Shown here piece after piece: positions 1-12,710 of a DNA stretch of 64,000 bases. Positions within the stretch are counted from its first letter, which is position 1, and the number at the start of each line of letters is the position of its first letter. A program made the position numbers and the translations under genes. This stretch comes from Squalus acanthias (Eukaryota). The stretch spans positions 23,312,001 through 23,376,000 of the forward strand of contig CM059440.1 of the NCBI GenBank assembly GCA_030390025.1, written 5' to 3'. The notes under the pieces are model-generated. The model was not told where the DNA came from. It saw only the letters and a program-made list of their open reading frames with translations, and did no database searches.

Positions 1-166
1 AAGTCGTTGAGTATATTCAAGCCTGAGATCGATAGACTCTCAGGGATATGGGGATCGGACAGGAAAATGGAGTTGAGGTCGAAAATCAGCTATGATCATA
101 TTGAATGGCGGAGCAGGCTCGAGGGGCTGTATGGCCTACCCCTGCTCCTAATTCTTATGTTCTTAT
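1..166 (+). mobile_element. CR1-clade LINE 3' end
   Basis: Tail ...gaatggcggagcaggctcgaggggctgtatggcctacccctgctcctaattcttatgttctta, same family as 8748-9131 and 16600-16961. Confidence 0.85.
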
Positions 167-469
167 TACTATCTACTTGACTGAAGTCAGAGGAGTGTGA
201 TAGAATTACTTGACCAGTGACCCTGCCACTGGACTCGATATCCAGCCCTCCACTTAAGGGGACACTCTGGTTTCAATATGTACGATTTACAGGATGTACT
301 GCTGCAACTCGAGGTTACTTCGACAGCACCTTTCCCGCCCCATCCCAACCCCGCTCTCTCCCTCCCACCCCCCCCCACCCCAAAGCAGCCCTTACTGCCA
401 AGAAGGACAAGAGCAGCAATCTCGGGGGTGGGGGGGTGAAGGGGTAGGGGGAAACATAGTCATTTATAA

Positions 470-650
470 GTCACACACCATTCTGACTTGGGCATATCAA
501 TATTCCTTCATTGTCACTGGGTCGGAATACTGGAATTCTCTACCCAACACAATTGTGGAAGTGCCATCATCACGAGGACTGCAGCAGTTTAAGGAACGGC
601 CCCAACACTTTCTCAGGGCAACTGGAGATGGGCAATAAATGTGGTCATAT
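470..650 (+). mobile_element. LINE 3' fragment whose tail matches the SINE at 10778-11237
   Basis: WNSLPNTIV-like RT C-terminus; gactgcagcagtttaagg...gatgggcaataaatg resembles the reverse complement of the SINE tail. Confidence 0.6.
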
Positions 651-699
651 CCCTAAATTCTCCCTCTTCAGGATCGCAAAAAGTTGTCCTAAGAGAGCA

Positions 700-1680
700 G
701 GGAGAAGTCAACATTTAGTATTTGTTAAGGGAATGATCTCGAAGTTGGGGTCGACAGAGGGATGTGCCATAGGGATCGGTGTTGGGAGCCTATCATTGCT
801 AATCCACGGTAAACACTGATTCAGAAAAGCAGTGAAAGCTAGTCATATTTTCAAAAGTTAGAGGTGGGGGGGCAGTCAATTTGGAGGAAGTGACAAGGAC
901 CTACAAAAGGAGTTATGTACATTTTACATATGGGATAATTCGAGGCGGACAAGTGTAAGGTACTATACATTGGTAGGAAAAAAGCCTATCAAATATACTG
1001 TGCATGGTGTAGCGATGACTATATGTGAAGCAGAAAGCGATCTGGGCATGATAGATTCAGTACTTGTCAGATTCTGGGGTAGCAATAAACACGGCAAATA
1101 AAATGCTTAAGATGTATTGCTGGGTCAGTTAAGTATAAATCAGCGGATGTTACACTAAAACTGTTCAGCGCACTGGTCAGACTGCATCTTGTCTACTGGG
1201 TTTAGTTTTGATCATCAAGACATAAGTTAAACATTGAAGTCCCAGAGGCTGTGCAGAGAAAGGCCATGAGGCTGATTCTGGCATCATGGGATTAAGCTTT
1301 TGAAGACTGGAGAAACTGGGTTACTTGAGCTTTGAAAGGAGATGCCTGAGGGGGACGTTTGTAAAAGTACACAAGCTATTAAGTGAGATAGATAAGATCA
1401 ATCTGGAGCACTATATCAAAGTATGCCACGATAATGGAACAAGTGAATGTAGGTTAAAACTGGTGAAGGGAAAGGTTAGGACAGATAGTGGGAACAATTT
1501 CACACCAAGAACCATCAGCTTCTGGAGGGGTTTCCTGGTAGGCTAGTGGAAGCAAAAACCCTGGAATCATTCAAGAAGAAGTTAGATGATGTGATGGGAC
1601 AATGTTGTTAGTTTTATTCTCGATGGATGAACTAAGATAGACCAAATGGCTCCTTCGTCTGTACCTATCTTATGATCTTC
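700..1680 (+). mobile_element. Degraded CR1 LINE ORF2 fragment
   Basis: RT C-terminal remnants (FERRCLRG...; LVKGKVRT...) with stops; CR1-like tail at about 1640-1680. Confidence 0.7.
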
Positions 1681-3242
1681 CAAGTGGTGCATTTCTGTAG
1701 GTGCAGTACCACATTTTGAGCACCAGAGGCTACCAGTAGTAACGGAGATCCTGTGAAGGTTGGCTAAATACAACTATGGCAGTGAGGGACGAGATCAGAC
1801 GTGGCAGCATCAATAATTCAACCACTTTTAAAGCGATATGCGAGTGCTTTGTTTAGTGACTTTATGTTACCGTTTTCTTGTCTAAAACGTGGGGCTGTTG
1901 GAAACCTTGTGCATCAATGAGTATATTCTTGTGGCCGAGTGGCGTGTCTTCTAGAGTACAGCCATTGGACTGTGCCACACTCTCTTTCATAACCTCACCC
2001 TGCAATATTTGCCCTCTTCCATTAAGAAAGTGGGGCAGCATAGGACACACGTTAGTGGAGCTTTGCAGTTGACTTGTCAGGTGGGCATGGCCCTCCCATT
2101 AAATAAGCTGTCTGGATGTATCTTTCCTGGCAGCAGTGATGTCCTCCTTGAAATGCAGGGATGGAAAGTAGACATGCCAATCCACAATCTCTGGGGGAGA
2201 GAATGGGAACTCCACAACATGCCACTTAACTAAGTAGTGTCAAAGCATTTAGTTGGTTCTGTTACTGAAATGTCCTATTTTTAACTTCAATTTTATATTC
2301 TGTTCAGATTTTTGAGTTGAGTTGAGATGTGCTGCAGGGTTTTAATTGGCAGCTCTGAGGTATGAAAATGAGCTGCCCCTGCCAGAGGAAGACGGGAGAT
2401 TGGTCTCTAATCCGTTTCCAGCGTGAGCATTACCCGAGTGCTGACGGGGAACTTAACAGCTGAAAGTGTGCACAGTTAATGGGTAATCTGATTGTGGGCC
2501 CCCCCCCCCCCCCCCATCCAATGTTTTGGGACAAGTGTGCAATTCTGCATGAGGGTTTTCCCTTTCTAGAAAGAAAGAAGCTTGAGATTCCTCGCCGAAA
2601 CTTGTTCATTTCATGATCCCTGACAAAGCACTTGACCACTTCCGTTTCTGTACACTGGACCTTCCCTGGCTTGGGGTCCGCTCTGTGCTGGCAGCAGAGT
2701 GTGTCCCTCAGTCTGTAATGCGCTCTAGTGAGTGGCTGGTGCAGCAGCATTAGTTGGTAGCAGAAAAATGTGGCTTAATTTTTCCATGAAGTTCCTAATG
2801 GGCAGGAAACATTACTGAAAGCTGGCGATGGTAATTGGTGACACGCAAGGGTGTTGAGGCTTTAATTTTTTAACTTCTGTACTCGGCAAGAAGCCTCTGA
2901 ATATCCACCTTTTTGGATGTTAAATGTTACTGCTGGGTGTTTGCTCTGACTTTTTTAGTGCATATTGAGTTGTTTCTGTACTTGATCTGGAAGTGATTGA
3001 GTGTTCCCTTTGCCTGAATTATTGGTTGTACTCGGGAAGCAGCTGAAGGTTTGACATTTATGGTATTCATCAAGTCCAAAACTTGATGTTTGTTTATGAC
3101 CGCTTTGGGCTGTAAACCATATTGTGTTCAATGTGCCCTCCAGGGTATAATTGAGAGAGAATGGGCTGTAAACTTCTCTCAGTAAAGGCACAGTGATTGC
3201 CCTTGAATCTGCGAGCGTGGCCTTTTACTGTGCATTAATATG

Positions 3243-3463
3243 ATGTGGAGATGCTGGTGTTGGACTGGGGTGGACAAATGTGAGAAGTCGCACAACACCA
3301 GGTTATAGTCCAACAGCTTTATTTGAAATCACCAAGCTTTCGGAGCGGCTGCTCCTTCGTCAGGTGAAGTCACTTCACCCGACGAAGGAGCAGCGCTCCG
3401 AAAGCTTGTGATTTCAAATAAAGCTGTTGGACTATAACCTGGTGTTGTGCGACTTCTCACATT
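3243..3463. mobile_element. Palindromic Penelope-like terminal element with hammerhead-ribozyme motifs
   Basis: About 90-bp inverted arms (3277-3370 / 3372-3465); C(U/C)GACGA-A-GGAGC...GCUCC-GAAA cores; 14-bp direct repeat tgtgcattaatatg at 3229-3242 and 3464-3477. Confidence 0.8.
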
Positions 3464-4961
3464 TGTGCATTAATATGGCAGTGTAGTTAAGCATCAGCTT
3501 CGTGGGACCGAGTGAAAATGGACTTTGTTTTTAACAGGTCTCCTCCAGGAGCTGTGCTCTGGTGTTGGTCTATCTTAAAATTGTTTGTGTGTGGTGGGGG
3601 GGGATCTGCTCTCATTCATCTTGTGAAACCCCAGCACTTGTACACCACATTCCTTCACTGCCTAGTTTGACCAGTTCTTTATCACTAGTTAATTTTGTAA
3701 TTCAGTAACGTTTGACTTTTAGTGCACTGCCAAGTGGATGGCATTTCTTATATTAGGAGGTCGCTTAAGTGTTTGCTGTTGCTTCAGAACCTCTGTAAAG
3801 ATTTGGAGAGATGACGTTAATTCTGAAGGCGTCATCGAAATAGGTATGGTGCAGATATTTAAATAAAACGGTGAAGACCCAGATCTGTATAAAAGCTGTT
3901 GGGACAGAGCTGGTGACCATTTGCATGAATACTTAATGTAAGTGCAGGAACAGTTTGTTGTGATGGGATTAATAACAAGACTCCTTGTTCAACTATTGCT
4001 TCTCTGAACTTTGCTCTCTTGTTCCTTCTGAATTCCAAGTAAACCTTGCGACACACTCCCTCCACCATCCCTGCATTCTCACTGTCAAAAGTAAGGCACA
4101 GTGCACCATCCCCTACTGTTCAGCTCATTCTTTCCCCAACATCAGTCGCCTCCCGCAGCCCGCTTTTCCTCTACAGGCCTTTAAAATGCAAGCTTGGTGT
4201 CGTCTACTCATCATTTCCCGATTTACACCATCTTCTTTATTGTTTCAAACTTTGCTGGTGTCGTGCACTGTGGCACTTGGCCCCTCGCTCTTTTGTAATA
4301 GAAAAGAGAGTGAAGGTGTCCTGGTTTTCTGCTGACTCCCAGTGCCAGTGCCTTCTACATTCAGAATGTCCTTCTACAATCAGAATGTTTGGTGTCACTT
4401 CTTCAAAAATCAAGCTGTATAAATATCAGGGAAATCAGATGGAGGCTGTAGGGATAGGAATAGATTAAGGTGGTGGTGGGGAAGTACTCCATGGGGTGCC
4501 ATCGATCCTGAGCTGCCACAGCAAGAAGGACAGTCAGCAGCTCGTGGAATGTGGGGATGGATGAATATTCTGGATTTGTGCTTAATTACACTTTGGGTGT
4601 CAAGCATTCCCACAGGAGATGAAATGGCTGGGCAGTGTGTATGATGAGGTAGATTGTACATGAGTTGTAGAAAGTGATTTGCAATGGGGGAGTGGAGTCC
4701 ATGATTGGGTCGAGACTGTACATGGTATTTGGAAAAATTGGGTTTGATGGGCCAAATATCTCTGTTCTTGTGACCTAATGAAGCTTTTGGAATACCTGCT
4801 GAACTCTCAATTGTCTCCACAGAAATTTGTTTATTAAAAAGTGCCCGCATGTGGTATAAACCGAATAATCCGTGAATAATTGTCATGCCTCCCTCCAAGA
4901 GATGGCTATAACTCATTACATAGTCTGGATTTTTTTTCTGACTTTTGTGTTTTACCCTCAG

Positions 4962-5117
4962 GTGGCTGGACTAACACTGCTGGCTGTCGGTGTTTACTCG
5001 GCCAAGAACGCCACGGGAGTCGCTGGGCGATACATTGAGGCTCGGCTGGGGAAGCCTTCCCTGGTTCGAGACACCTCCCGCCTCACGTTAGTGGAAGCAA
5101 TGAAGCACCCAATCAAG
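4962..5117 (+). CDS. ATAD3A: ATAD3A coding exon (equivalent to human exon 8; transmembrane region)
   Basis: ttaccctcag|GTGGCT...ATCAAG|gtaagg; 156 nt; [52 protein letters not shown] matches ATAD3 proteins. Earlier exons lie outside the window. Confidence 0.96.
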
Positions 5118-5304
5118 GTAAGGCAGCTTCCTGCAAAGACTTGGGAGCTTTGATCTTTCCTGACTAGAAAGTCCAGCCCCAGACCGATTCTGTAACGGCG
5201 AGTGCTCACGCAGTATCTGAATCCCCGAGGACCAGCTGCGAGGTGAAGCCCAGTATGACCAAGGGTTTCATTCTTACTGACGCAGCCTTCCTCACCAGCC
5301 ACAG

Positions 5305-5705
5305 CTAGAAACATAGAACATAGAAAAATAGGAGCAGGAGTCGGCCATTCGGCCCTTCGATCCTGCTCCGCCATTCAATATGATCATGGCTGATCCTCTA
5401 TCTCAATACCATATTCCTGCTCTCTCCCCATACCCCTTGATGCCTTTTGGGTCTAGAAATCTATCTTATCTCCTTCTTAAATATATTCAGTGACTTGGCC
5501 TCCACAGCCTTCTGTGGTAGAGAATTCCACAGGTTCACCACCCTCTGAGTGAAGAAATTTCTCCTCATCTCAGTCCTAAATGTCCTACCCCGTATCCTGA
5601 GACTGTGACCCCTCGTTCTAGACCCCCCCCCCCCCCCCCCCCCAAGCCAGGGGAAAACATCCTCCCTGCATCCAGTCTGTCTAGCCCTGTCAGAATTTTA
5701 TATGT
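5305..5705 (-). mobile_element. Young CR1 LINE 3' end
   Basis: Nearly identical to 48897-49260 and 24355-24495; poly-C expansion at 5623-5643. Confidence 0.9.
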
Positions 5706-6673
5706 TGTACGTTTATACACTGTCCAGCCATTCCTTTCCAGCCACAGCTACACTATCTAGCTCCCGTGCTGTTTTTTTTTTACTGTCGCAGATAAAAAGT
5801 GGAACCCATCAAAGTAATTTAAAAGCTGGCTTAAAAGAAAGAAAATTTGATTTCATAAGAATAGATTTGTAACTTGTGTGTTAGTGTGTTAATGCCCTCG
5901 TGTACTCTGCATAAAAGGTGAATTTAACTGTACAGAGTCAGTGGGTTTGCGCAGGTTCAGTTCAGTTTTTAGTTATGTAATAATTGGCTGGTGCCCTCCC
6001 AGAGCGCTGAGGGGGGGCAACCTTCACTTTAGGTGAAATAACACTTTTTTCTCCTGGGAGATGGATAATCGAGGTGTATGTGTTGTGTCTGTTTTAATCA
6101 GTTGTGTGAAGTTTGGAATAGTCTCCCTGTATACACCTTATTTTCAATAATTTTTTTGTATTTGAGAGATTGCAGGTAGCGAGTGTCTGGCAGTCTGGAA
6201 TTTTCACAGCAACAACTCCAGAACTGTTCCACAATTCATGCATCAATGTAGTTCCCAGTTAACATTGTACTTTTAACTTTATGCCTCTTGGGGTGAAGAT
6301 GTAACGATTACAGGGGGGGTAAGTGGTGAGATGTGACTGGTGTTCCACTTGTGTGGGGTGGGTGGGCAGCAGTGTCCTTCGTGAGAACTCCGTGTTATCA
6401 ACTTAACTTTAAGACGTTTACTTAATGGGTGTCGGGGTAAATGGTGGTTGGGGGGGGGGAGCTCATCAACCAAGTACCTTTTTGAAGCTTCTGTTTTTAT
6501 AGATTAATGTGTTTGGGAGTTCGTTGAAGGTTGAATAATGAACAGAATATTCCCTTACAGCAATTGGTTTCTGGTACAACAGGTGATGTAATGGGTTCTG
6601 CTTCAGTGCTCACTGTGTGTGTGAAGGGTTACATTCTGTAGTGAAGTTTAAACTGGATTTGGTTTTTTTTCAG

Positions 6674-6730
6674 GTTGGTAAACGTCTGATGAGCAAGCCA
6701 CAGGACGCACTCGAGGGAGTGGTCTTGAGC
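6674..6730 (+). CDS. ATAD3A: ATAD3A coding exon (human exon 9 equivalent)
   Basis: tttttcag|GTTGGT...TTGAGC|gtgagt; 57 nt; VGKRLMSKPQDALEGVVLS. Confidence 0.95.
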
Positions 6731-6856
6731 GTGAGTTGCTGCATTTCTGCTGATTTTTTTTTTTATACGCACTTCTGTGCCTGTAGAAATTGAATTTATT
6801 TATAATCTGTTTCTCTTCACTTCCCACTTTCATCCAATTCTCAATTCCATCTACAG

Positions 6857-6982
6857 CCCAAATTGGAGGAACGTGTCCGAGATATTGCCATAGCAACCAG
6901 AAACACGAAAAGCAATAAGGGGCTGTACCGAAATATCCTGATGTACGGGCCCCCGGGTACAGGGAAAACCCTTTTTGCCAAG
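6857..6982 (+). CDS. ATAD3A: ATAD3A coding exon with AAA+ Walker A
   Basis: ctacag|CCCAAA...GCCAAG|gtaatg; 126 nt; [42 protein letters not shown]. Confidence 0.97.
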
Positions 6983-7487
6983 GTAATGTCAGTATATTTA
7001 AAAAAAAAAAAAATCCTGTCCATTTTGTGCACATCAGGGTGAGGGGATGTTATGTTGGGGAGTGGAGGTTTCAGATTGCAATGCGAAGGGGGCAGTACCT
7101 TGGGTAAGAACATTTCATAGCTTCTGTGGATAGAGTACTGAATGTATTAATGTTTAGATCTCAATCCAGCCCTTTATGCAATCTTCAGGTAACCGGTTAC
7201 CAGTAGGGAAATAAAACACCTCAATTAAATTCCTCTTTCACCCACCCTTCAATTGATGATCTCTGCAAACCTGCTTATAGCAACGCTAATTATCATGGGT
7301 GGTCGGTGAGTCATATCTCTGTCGATAGCCCTGGGATTCACATTAAATGTACTGTTTAATTTTAGGCCTTGGTGTGCCTGAGTGCCACGGGATTGCAGCC
7401 TGAGCACAGTTACTGTAACAGACTGATTTATTGATTTCTCTTTAATTCATCTGTTGGAAGTTCTGAGGAAATCAGTCTTAAAGTAAG

Positions 7488-7790
7488 GCAGAACTTGCAT
7501 TTATATATTGCCTTTCACCTCTGGATGTCCCAAAGCATTTTGCAGCCAAGTTATTACTTTTGATGTGTGGTCACTGTTGTAATGTAGGTAAGTGCGGTAG
7601 CCAATTTGTGCACAGCAAGATTCCACAAACAGCAGTAAGATAAATGATCAATTGATGTGATCTGGGTGATGTTAGTTGAGTGAGAAATGTTGGCCAAGGC
7701 ACCAGGAGAACTCTCCTGCTTTTCTGCGAATAGTACCATAAGATCTTTTTCATAAACCTGAACCAGCAGACGGCCTCAGTTTAGCATCAC
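7488..7790 (-). mobile_element. Deu-domain SINE (SacSINE1/AmnSINE-like), partial
   Basis: Reverse complement of the family at 12083-12431 (ttgctgtgcacaaattggct...; tatataaatgcaagt tail). Confidence 0.75.
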
Positions 7791-8747
7791 GTCCAGCAGT
7801 GATGGCTATTATCAAGTTTGCCCTTTGTGTCTGGTCCAGACCAGAGTCGAGAGACACTGGTCGGTCAGATGACAGTGAAGCACAATCTATTTATCGACTC
7901 CCTGTGAGCTGGACTCATTGCCTCATACTCACTAGTGTGTTATTTGCTTTCTTCGGTTTTGTTCTATCTTGGTTTAGTCGATGCTTTAATGGAGAAACTT
8001 TCAGTAACTTTGGGATGAGTGCTATGATGGCCGCACTTGGTAAAGTTCCACAGCTCCAGTGTCCTGTACACTGTGCCTGTGCGGACTATGTTGCTGGCAC
8101 TTGCTAACATGCCCAGTTTTTGGGAACATGTTGGCAGACCAAATCTGCCAGCAAGTTACTAGATATGAATGGCATCAGATTTTTATTGGCAGCTTCACTG
8201 AAGTAATTAGATTGGTTTATGTGGCAACTGCAAAAAAAATTAATACTGCGTTGGGGACCTTCGTGTGACTAGGGTTATGGTACATTATTGGGGCAATGAT
8301 GAGGAAGCTTTACTCTGCATCTGCTATACTGTACCTGACCTGGCGCGCTCCATCTAAGTGGCAAATGTTAATTTCCCAGCACTGATAATGTTCACCCTAA
8401 AGAGCACAATGGCTCAAACTGTTTCTACCACTGTTCCCATGGCTCAGATTCTCGAATTCTGCTTTAAGCTTGTAATTCTCACAACTCTGCCCAGATTTTA
8501 GTTCAAACCTATGTATTTGGCTTTTTTTGGTGGGGGTGGGAGTCCTACAACCTGGCCTGGATTATGGGCAAGACAGTGGTGTGGTTGTATGTGATACTTA
8601 ACATAACTGATCTATTACAGAGTGGGATTGATGATACAGACCACTTCACAGACTGTGATGTGCTGCTCCTGTAGACTTGCAGTTGGGGTGTGATAGTTTG
8701 ATGTGCGTGTGGTGGGGGAGAAGGCATATGAGCGTGGCATAGGGGTG

Positions 8748-9131
8748 TATGAGAGGTGATCTCATTAAAACATACAAGATTCCGAGGGCGATTGGCAGGG
8801 TAGATGCTGAGGTGGTTTCCCCTGGCTGGTGAGTCTAGAACTAGGGGGCATAGTCTCAGGATAAGGGGTCGGCCATTTAAGACTGAGTTGAGAAGGAATT
8901 TCTTCATTCAGAGGGTTGTGAATCTTTGGAATTCTCTACCCCCAAAGAGCTGTGGAAGCTGAATCGTTGAGTATATTCAAGGCTGAGATAGATAAATTTT
9001 TGGAATCAAGGGGCATGGGGATCGGACGGGAAAGTGGAGTTGAGATCGAAGATCAGACATGATCTTATTGACTGGCGGAGCAGGCTCGAGGGGCCGTGTG
9101 GCCTGCTCCTGCTCCTAATTCTTATGTTCTT
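8748..9131 (+). mobile_element. CR1 LINE 3' end
   Basis: FPLAGESRTRGHSLRIRGRPF-like coding remnant plus CR1 tail. Confidence 0.9.
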
Positions 9132-10777
9132 GTGTATGAGGGTGGTGTAGAGGTGTATGTAGGAGGAGAGCCTCCATTGTACAGATTTTTTTTCCAGATT
9201 TGAACGGTTGCAGAAAGACTGAGAATGACATGTGCTGCAGACACTAACGGTCTGAAGTGCAGTAAATGAAATGATGAATTTGCAGCCAGGCAGGAATGTT
9301 TTCTGTTTGGATCCCCGCTGTGTTTACAAACGGTGTGAAATTATCTTTGAATTGGTGCTGCTGTAGATTGTATAATTTTTTTATGATTGCTTTAATGAGT
9401 CAGCACTTGCCCCATGGCATTTTGCACTCCTAATACTTTGATAACTCACAGCGCAAGTATGAGGATTAAAAATAAAATGGAGCAATTTATTCCGTAATTG
9501 AATAACACGATGACTGGTGCGGTACCAGGGTGTTGGCAAACGGTAAGAAATGTTCTGAAGTTTCACTTTTTCTGCATTTAAAATTCTTGAATTGTGAATC
9601 AGTGTTTAGATGGGACAGCGAAGTAGGAAACGCCAGAAATCTTTGGGTAAAGGAGAGGGTAGAGAGTTTGGTCAGACTACAATGAATTTTTCCAAATAGT
9701 TTCAGTGACACTGTCCAAGTGATGCATTTGAAACTGCAATCAAATTTATCAGTGCTATTCCTGTCTAACGGTGTTTGTGCAGGCACTCCAAACGCTGACC
9801 ATCTACCCTTGTCTTGACAAATGATTTATTTTGGTTAATTAAGAACAGTTGCTTTGCCCATGGCATGATAACTGTGCATGCGACGGAGATTTCTGGTTGC
9901 ATGCACAGTTGATTGCTGAATGCACACATGCTGAGTGCGTGCAATGGCGGCTGCTGCGTGTGGCATTTTCCTATCAGATTTGCACAGTGCTGAGATGTCA
10001 CATTTCTTTCCCAAGGGCAGATGTTTAGCAGCGTCGCCTGCAAAGTGAACACCAACAGGAATATCTCATTTGCGAGTTTAATAACCACACTGACACCTCT
10101 TGTGACAGTTCCACAATTTCACAGGATTCCTCTCCATTGTAAATTGCCCGGCTGCTTAATCGCTTTAATCATGGAGATTTAGATCAACACTTTTAACTGC
10201 ATAAAGGAAAATTAGCCTTAAATTATAAAGTGCAGTAGGGCTATATTTAGAAAGCATAATTCTTTTTATATAAGACTGCAGTGACTCAGTTTATACTGGA
10301 ACAGAGTAAGTAATACTGGGCTCTGAGGCAGAGCCAAAATACTAATGTAATTGTATGTACTAGCATTAACTTAACTATATACACTCTTGATGTAACCACA
10401 TCTGTCCGATATGTTAAAAATCTTGCTTCTGCATACACTTCCTGTCAATTTTTCCATTATAAATTCTTATGTCCACATTGATAATGGAAACTGTGTGTAA
10501 ACCTGTGTCACTGTAATTACACCCTCCTGCCAATGCTGCAGCACCTCCACTGGTGGGAGGGTGAAATTACAGTGTGACAAGTTTGCATAGGTGGTTTCTA
10601 CTATAAATGTGGATGTAGGAATTTATAATGGGAAATATAAAAAAGGAAAATGTATACATTTTAAAATGAGGACTGAATTATGTCTAGGCACCCTGATCCA
10701 ATTAACCCCACTTCACCTGAGGACTATACTTGATCTTAATTCCCTGTGTTCAATGTCATGGGAGATTGGCTGGTGTA

Positions 10778-11237
10778 TTTTTTTTTTATTCGTTCATGGA
10801 ATATGGGTGTCCCTGGCAAGGCTGGCATTTATTGCCCATCCCTAATTGCCCTCGAGAAGGTGGTGGTGAGCCGCCTTCTTGAACCGCTGCAGTCCATGTG
10901 GTGAGCAGCAGTTTGGTACAACTGAGTGACCATTTCAGAGGGCGGTTAAGAGTCAACCACATTGCTGTGGGTCTGGAGTCACATATAGGCCAGACCAGGT
11001 AAGGACGGCAGATTTCCTTCCCTAAAGGACATTAATGAACCAGATGGGTTTTTACAACAATCCGGTATTTTCATGGTCCACCATAACTGATGCTACCTTT
11101 TTGTTCCAGATTTATTTAATTAACTGAATTTAAATTCTCCAGCTGCCGTGGTGGGATTTGAACTGATGTCTCTGGATCATTAGTCCAGGCCTCTGGATTA
11201 CTAGTCCAGTAACATAACCACTATGCTACCGTACCCC
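10778..11237 (-). mobile_element. tRNA-headed SINE
   Basis: On - strand: head gggtacggtagcatagtggtt (A box)...gttcaaatccc (B box), LINE-derived tail ending in an A-run. Confidence 0.85.
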
Positions 11238-11275
11238 TAATATTAATGGGACTGCATGTGCCAGTATTAATGTAA

Positions 11276-11475
11276 GAAGTCGCACAACACCAGGTTATAG
11301 TCCAACAGCTTTATTTGAAATCACAAGCTTTTGGAGCGCTGCTCCTTCGTCACCTGACGAAGGAGCAGCGCTCCGAAAGCTTGTGATTTCAAATAAAGCT
11401 GTTGGACTATAACCTGGTGTTGTGTGACTTCTCACATTTGTCCACCCCAGTCCAACACCGGCATCTCCACATCAT
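11276..11475. mobile_element. Second palindromic Penelope-like element (opposite orientation) with an intact hammerhead core on +
   Basis: tcac-CTGACGA(11354-11360)-a-ggagc-agc-gctcc-GAAA(11375-11378)-gctt-gtga; 14-bp direct repeat cagtattaatgtaa at 11262-11275 and 11476-11489. Confidence 0.82.
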
Positions 11476-11599
11476 CAGTATTAATGTAACCACATTTGCT
11501 AGTATTAATGCAACTATGCATGAGTATCAATGTAATCATACACATTAGTATTAATTCAACTGTATGCACTAGCAATAATGTAACTGTACAATGTTAATG

Positions 11600-12082
11600 T
11601 AACCATGGAGGATTTGGAATATGCCAATTGGTCAAATCTCGTGTGGGCAAAACCGATGCAGAATATAAATGGCAAATTTTTAAGAGCAAACCTAAACCTG
11701 TAGAAGCCATGTACATCCCCAAACTCAAAAGAAGGGAGTATGGAAAGAAGCAGCCAAGGTGGCTGACTGCTGATGTACAAAGACAAATAAGACGCAAACA
11801 AAGCATTTTTTATAAATTGAACGTGCATAATGCACAGCAAGACAAAGACAAGTACTAAAAACAGTTAAAAATCTACAGCTGCTATTAGATCAGCTGAAAG
11901 GTTCGTGGAAAAGAGGATCATGGACATCTGGTAGTAATGGGGCTAGCCTTTACAGCTAAGTGAGTCAGAGGACCATCAAAGACTGCACTGGGTCATTGAA
12001 AGATGATCAAGGACAGGTCAGAAAGGACTCTGGGTATGGCGGAGATGCTAAATGAGTACTTTGCATCAGTCTTCACTCGGGC
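11600..12082 (+). mobile_element. Degraded CR1 ORF2 internal fragment
   Basis: ...KKQPRWLTADVQRQIRRK... and ...MLNEYFASVFT-like sequence. Confidence 0.7.
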
Positions 12083-12431
12083 TGACGCTCCAGTGCAGTG
12101 CTGAGGGAGTGCTGTACTGTTGGAATTGCTGTTTTTTCAGATCAGATGTTAAACTGAGGTCCCGTCTGCCCCCTCAGGTGGGTGTAAAGGATCCCATGGC
12201 ACATTTTTGAAGAAGAGCAGGGGAGTTCTCCCAGTGTTTTGGCCAATATTTATTCTTCAATTCAACATCACTAGAAGCAAATTATCTGGTAATTATCTTA
12301 TTGCTCTTACGGGAGCTTGCTGTGTGCAAATTGGCTGCAGCATTTCCTACAGTGACTGCACCTCAAAATTGGCTATAAAGCGCTTTGGGACGTCCTCCTG
12401 AATAGCACTATATAAAGGCAAGTCTTTCTTT
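12083..12431 (+). mobile_element. Deu-domain SINE, 5'-truncated
   Basis: gctgacgctccagtgcagtgctgagggagtgctg...gatcccatggcac...tgtgcaaattggctgc...aagcgctttgggacgtcc...caagtctttcttt. Confidence 0.8.
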
Positions 12432-12581
12432 AAAAATACTTTGGAAACATACACAGGAATCTGAATGCTGCCTACAGCTGAGACCAGTGCCTCTTCTACT
12501 TGACCTGGCATTGGGAAGCTTGCTCTTCAGGAAATGATCAACTTAGATTTATGTTTCTTGTGATTTTTTTTTTTGTCTTGA

Positions 12582-12710
<129 letters not shown>

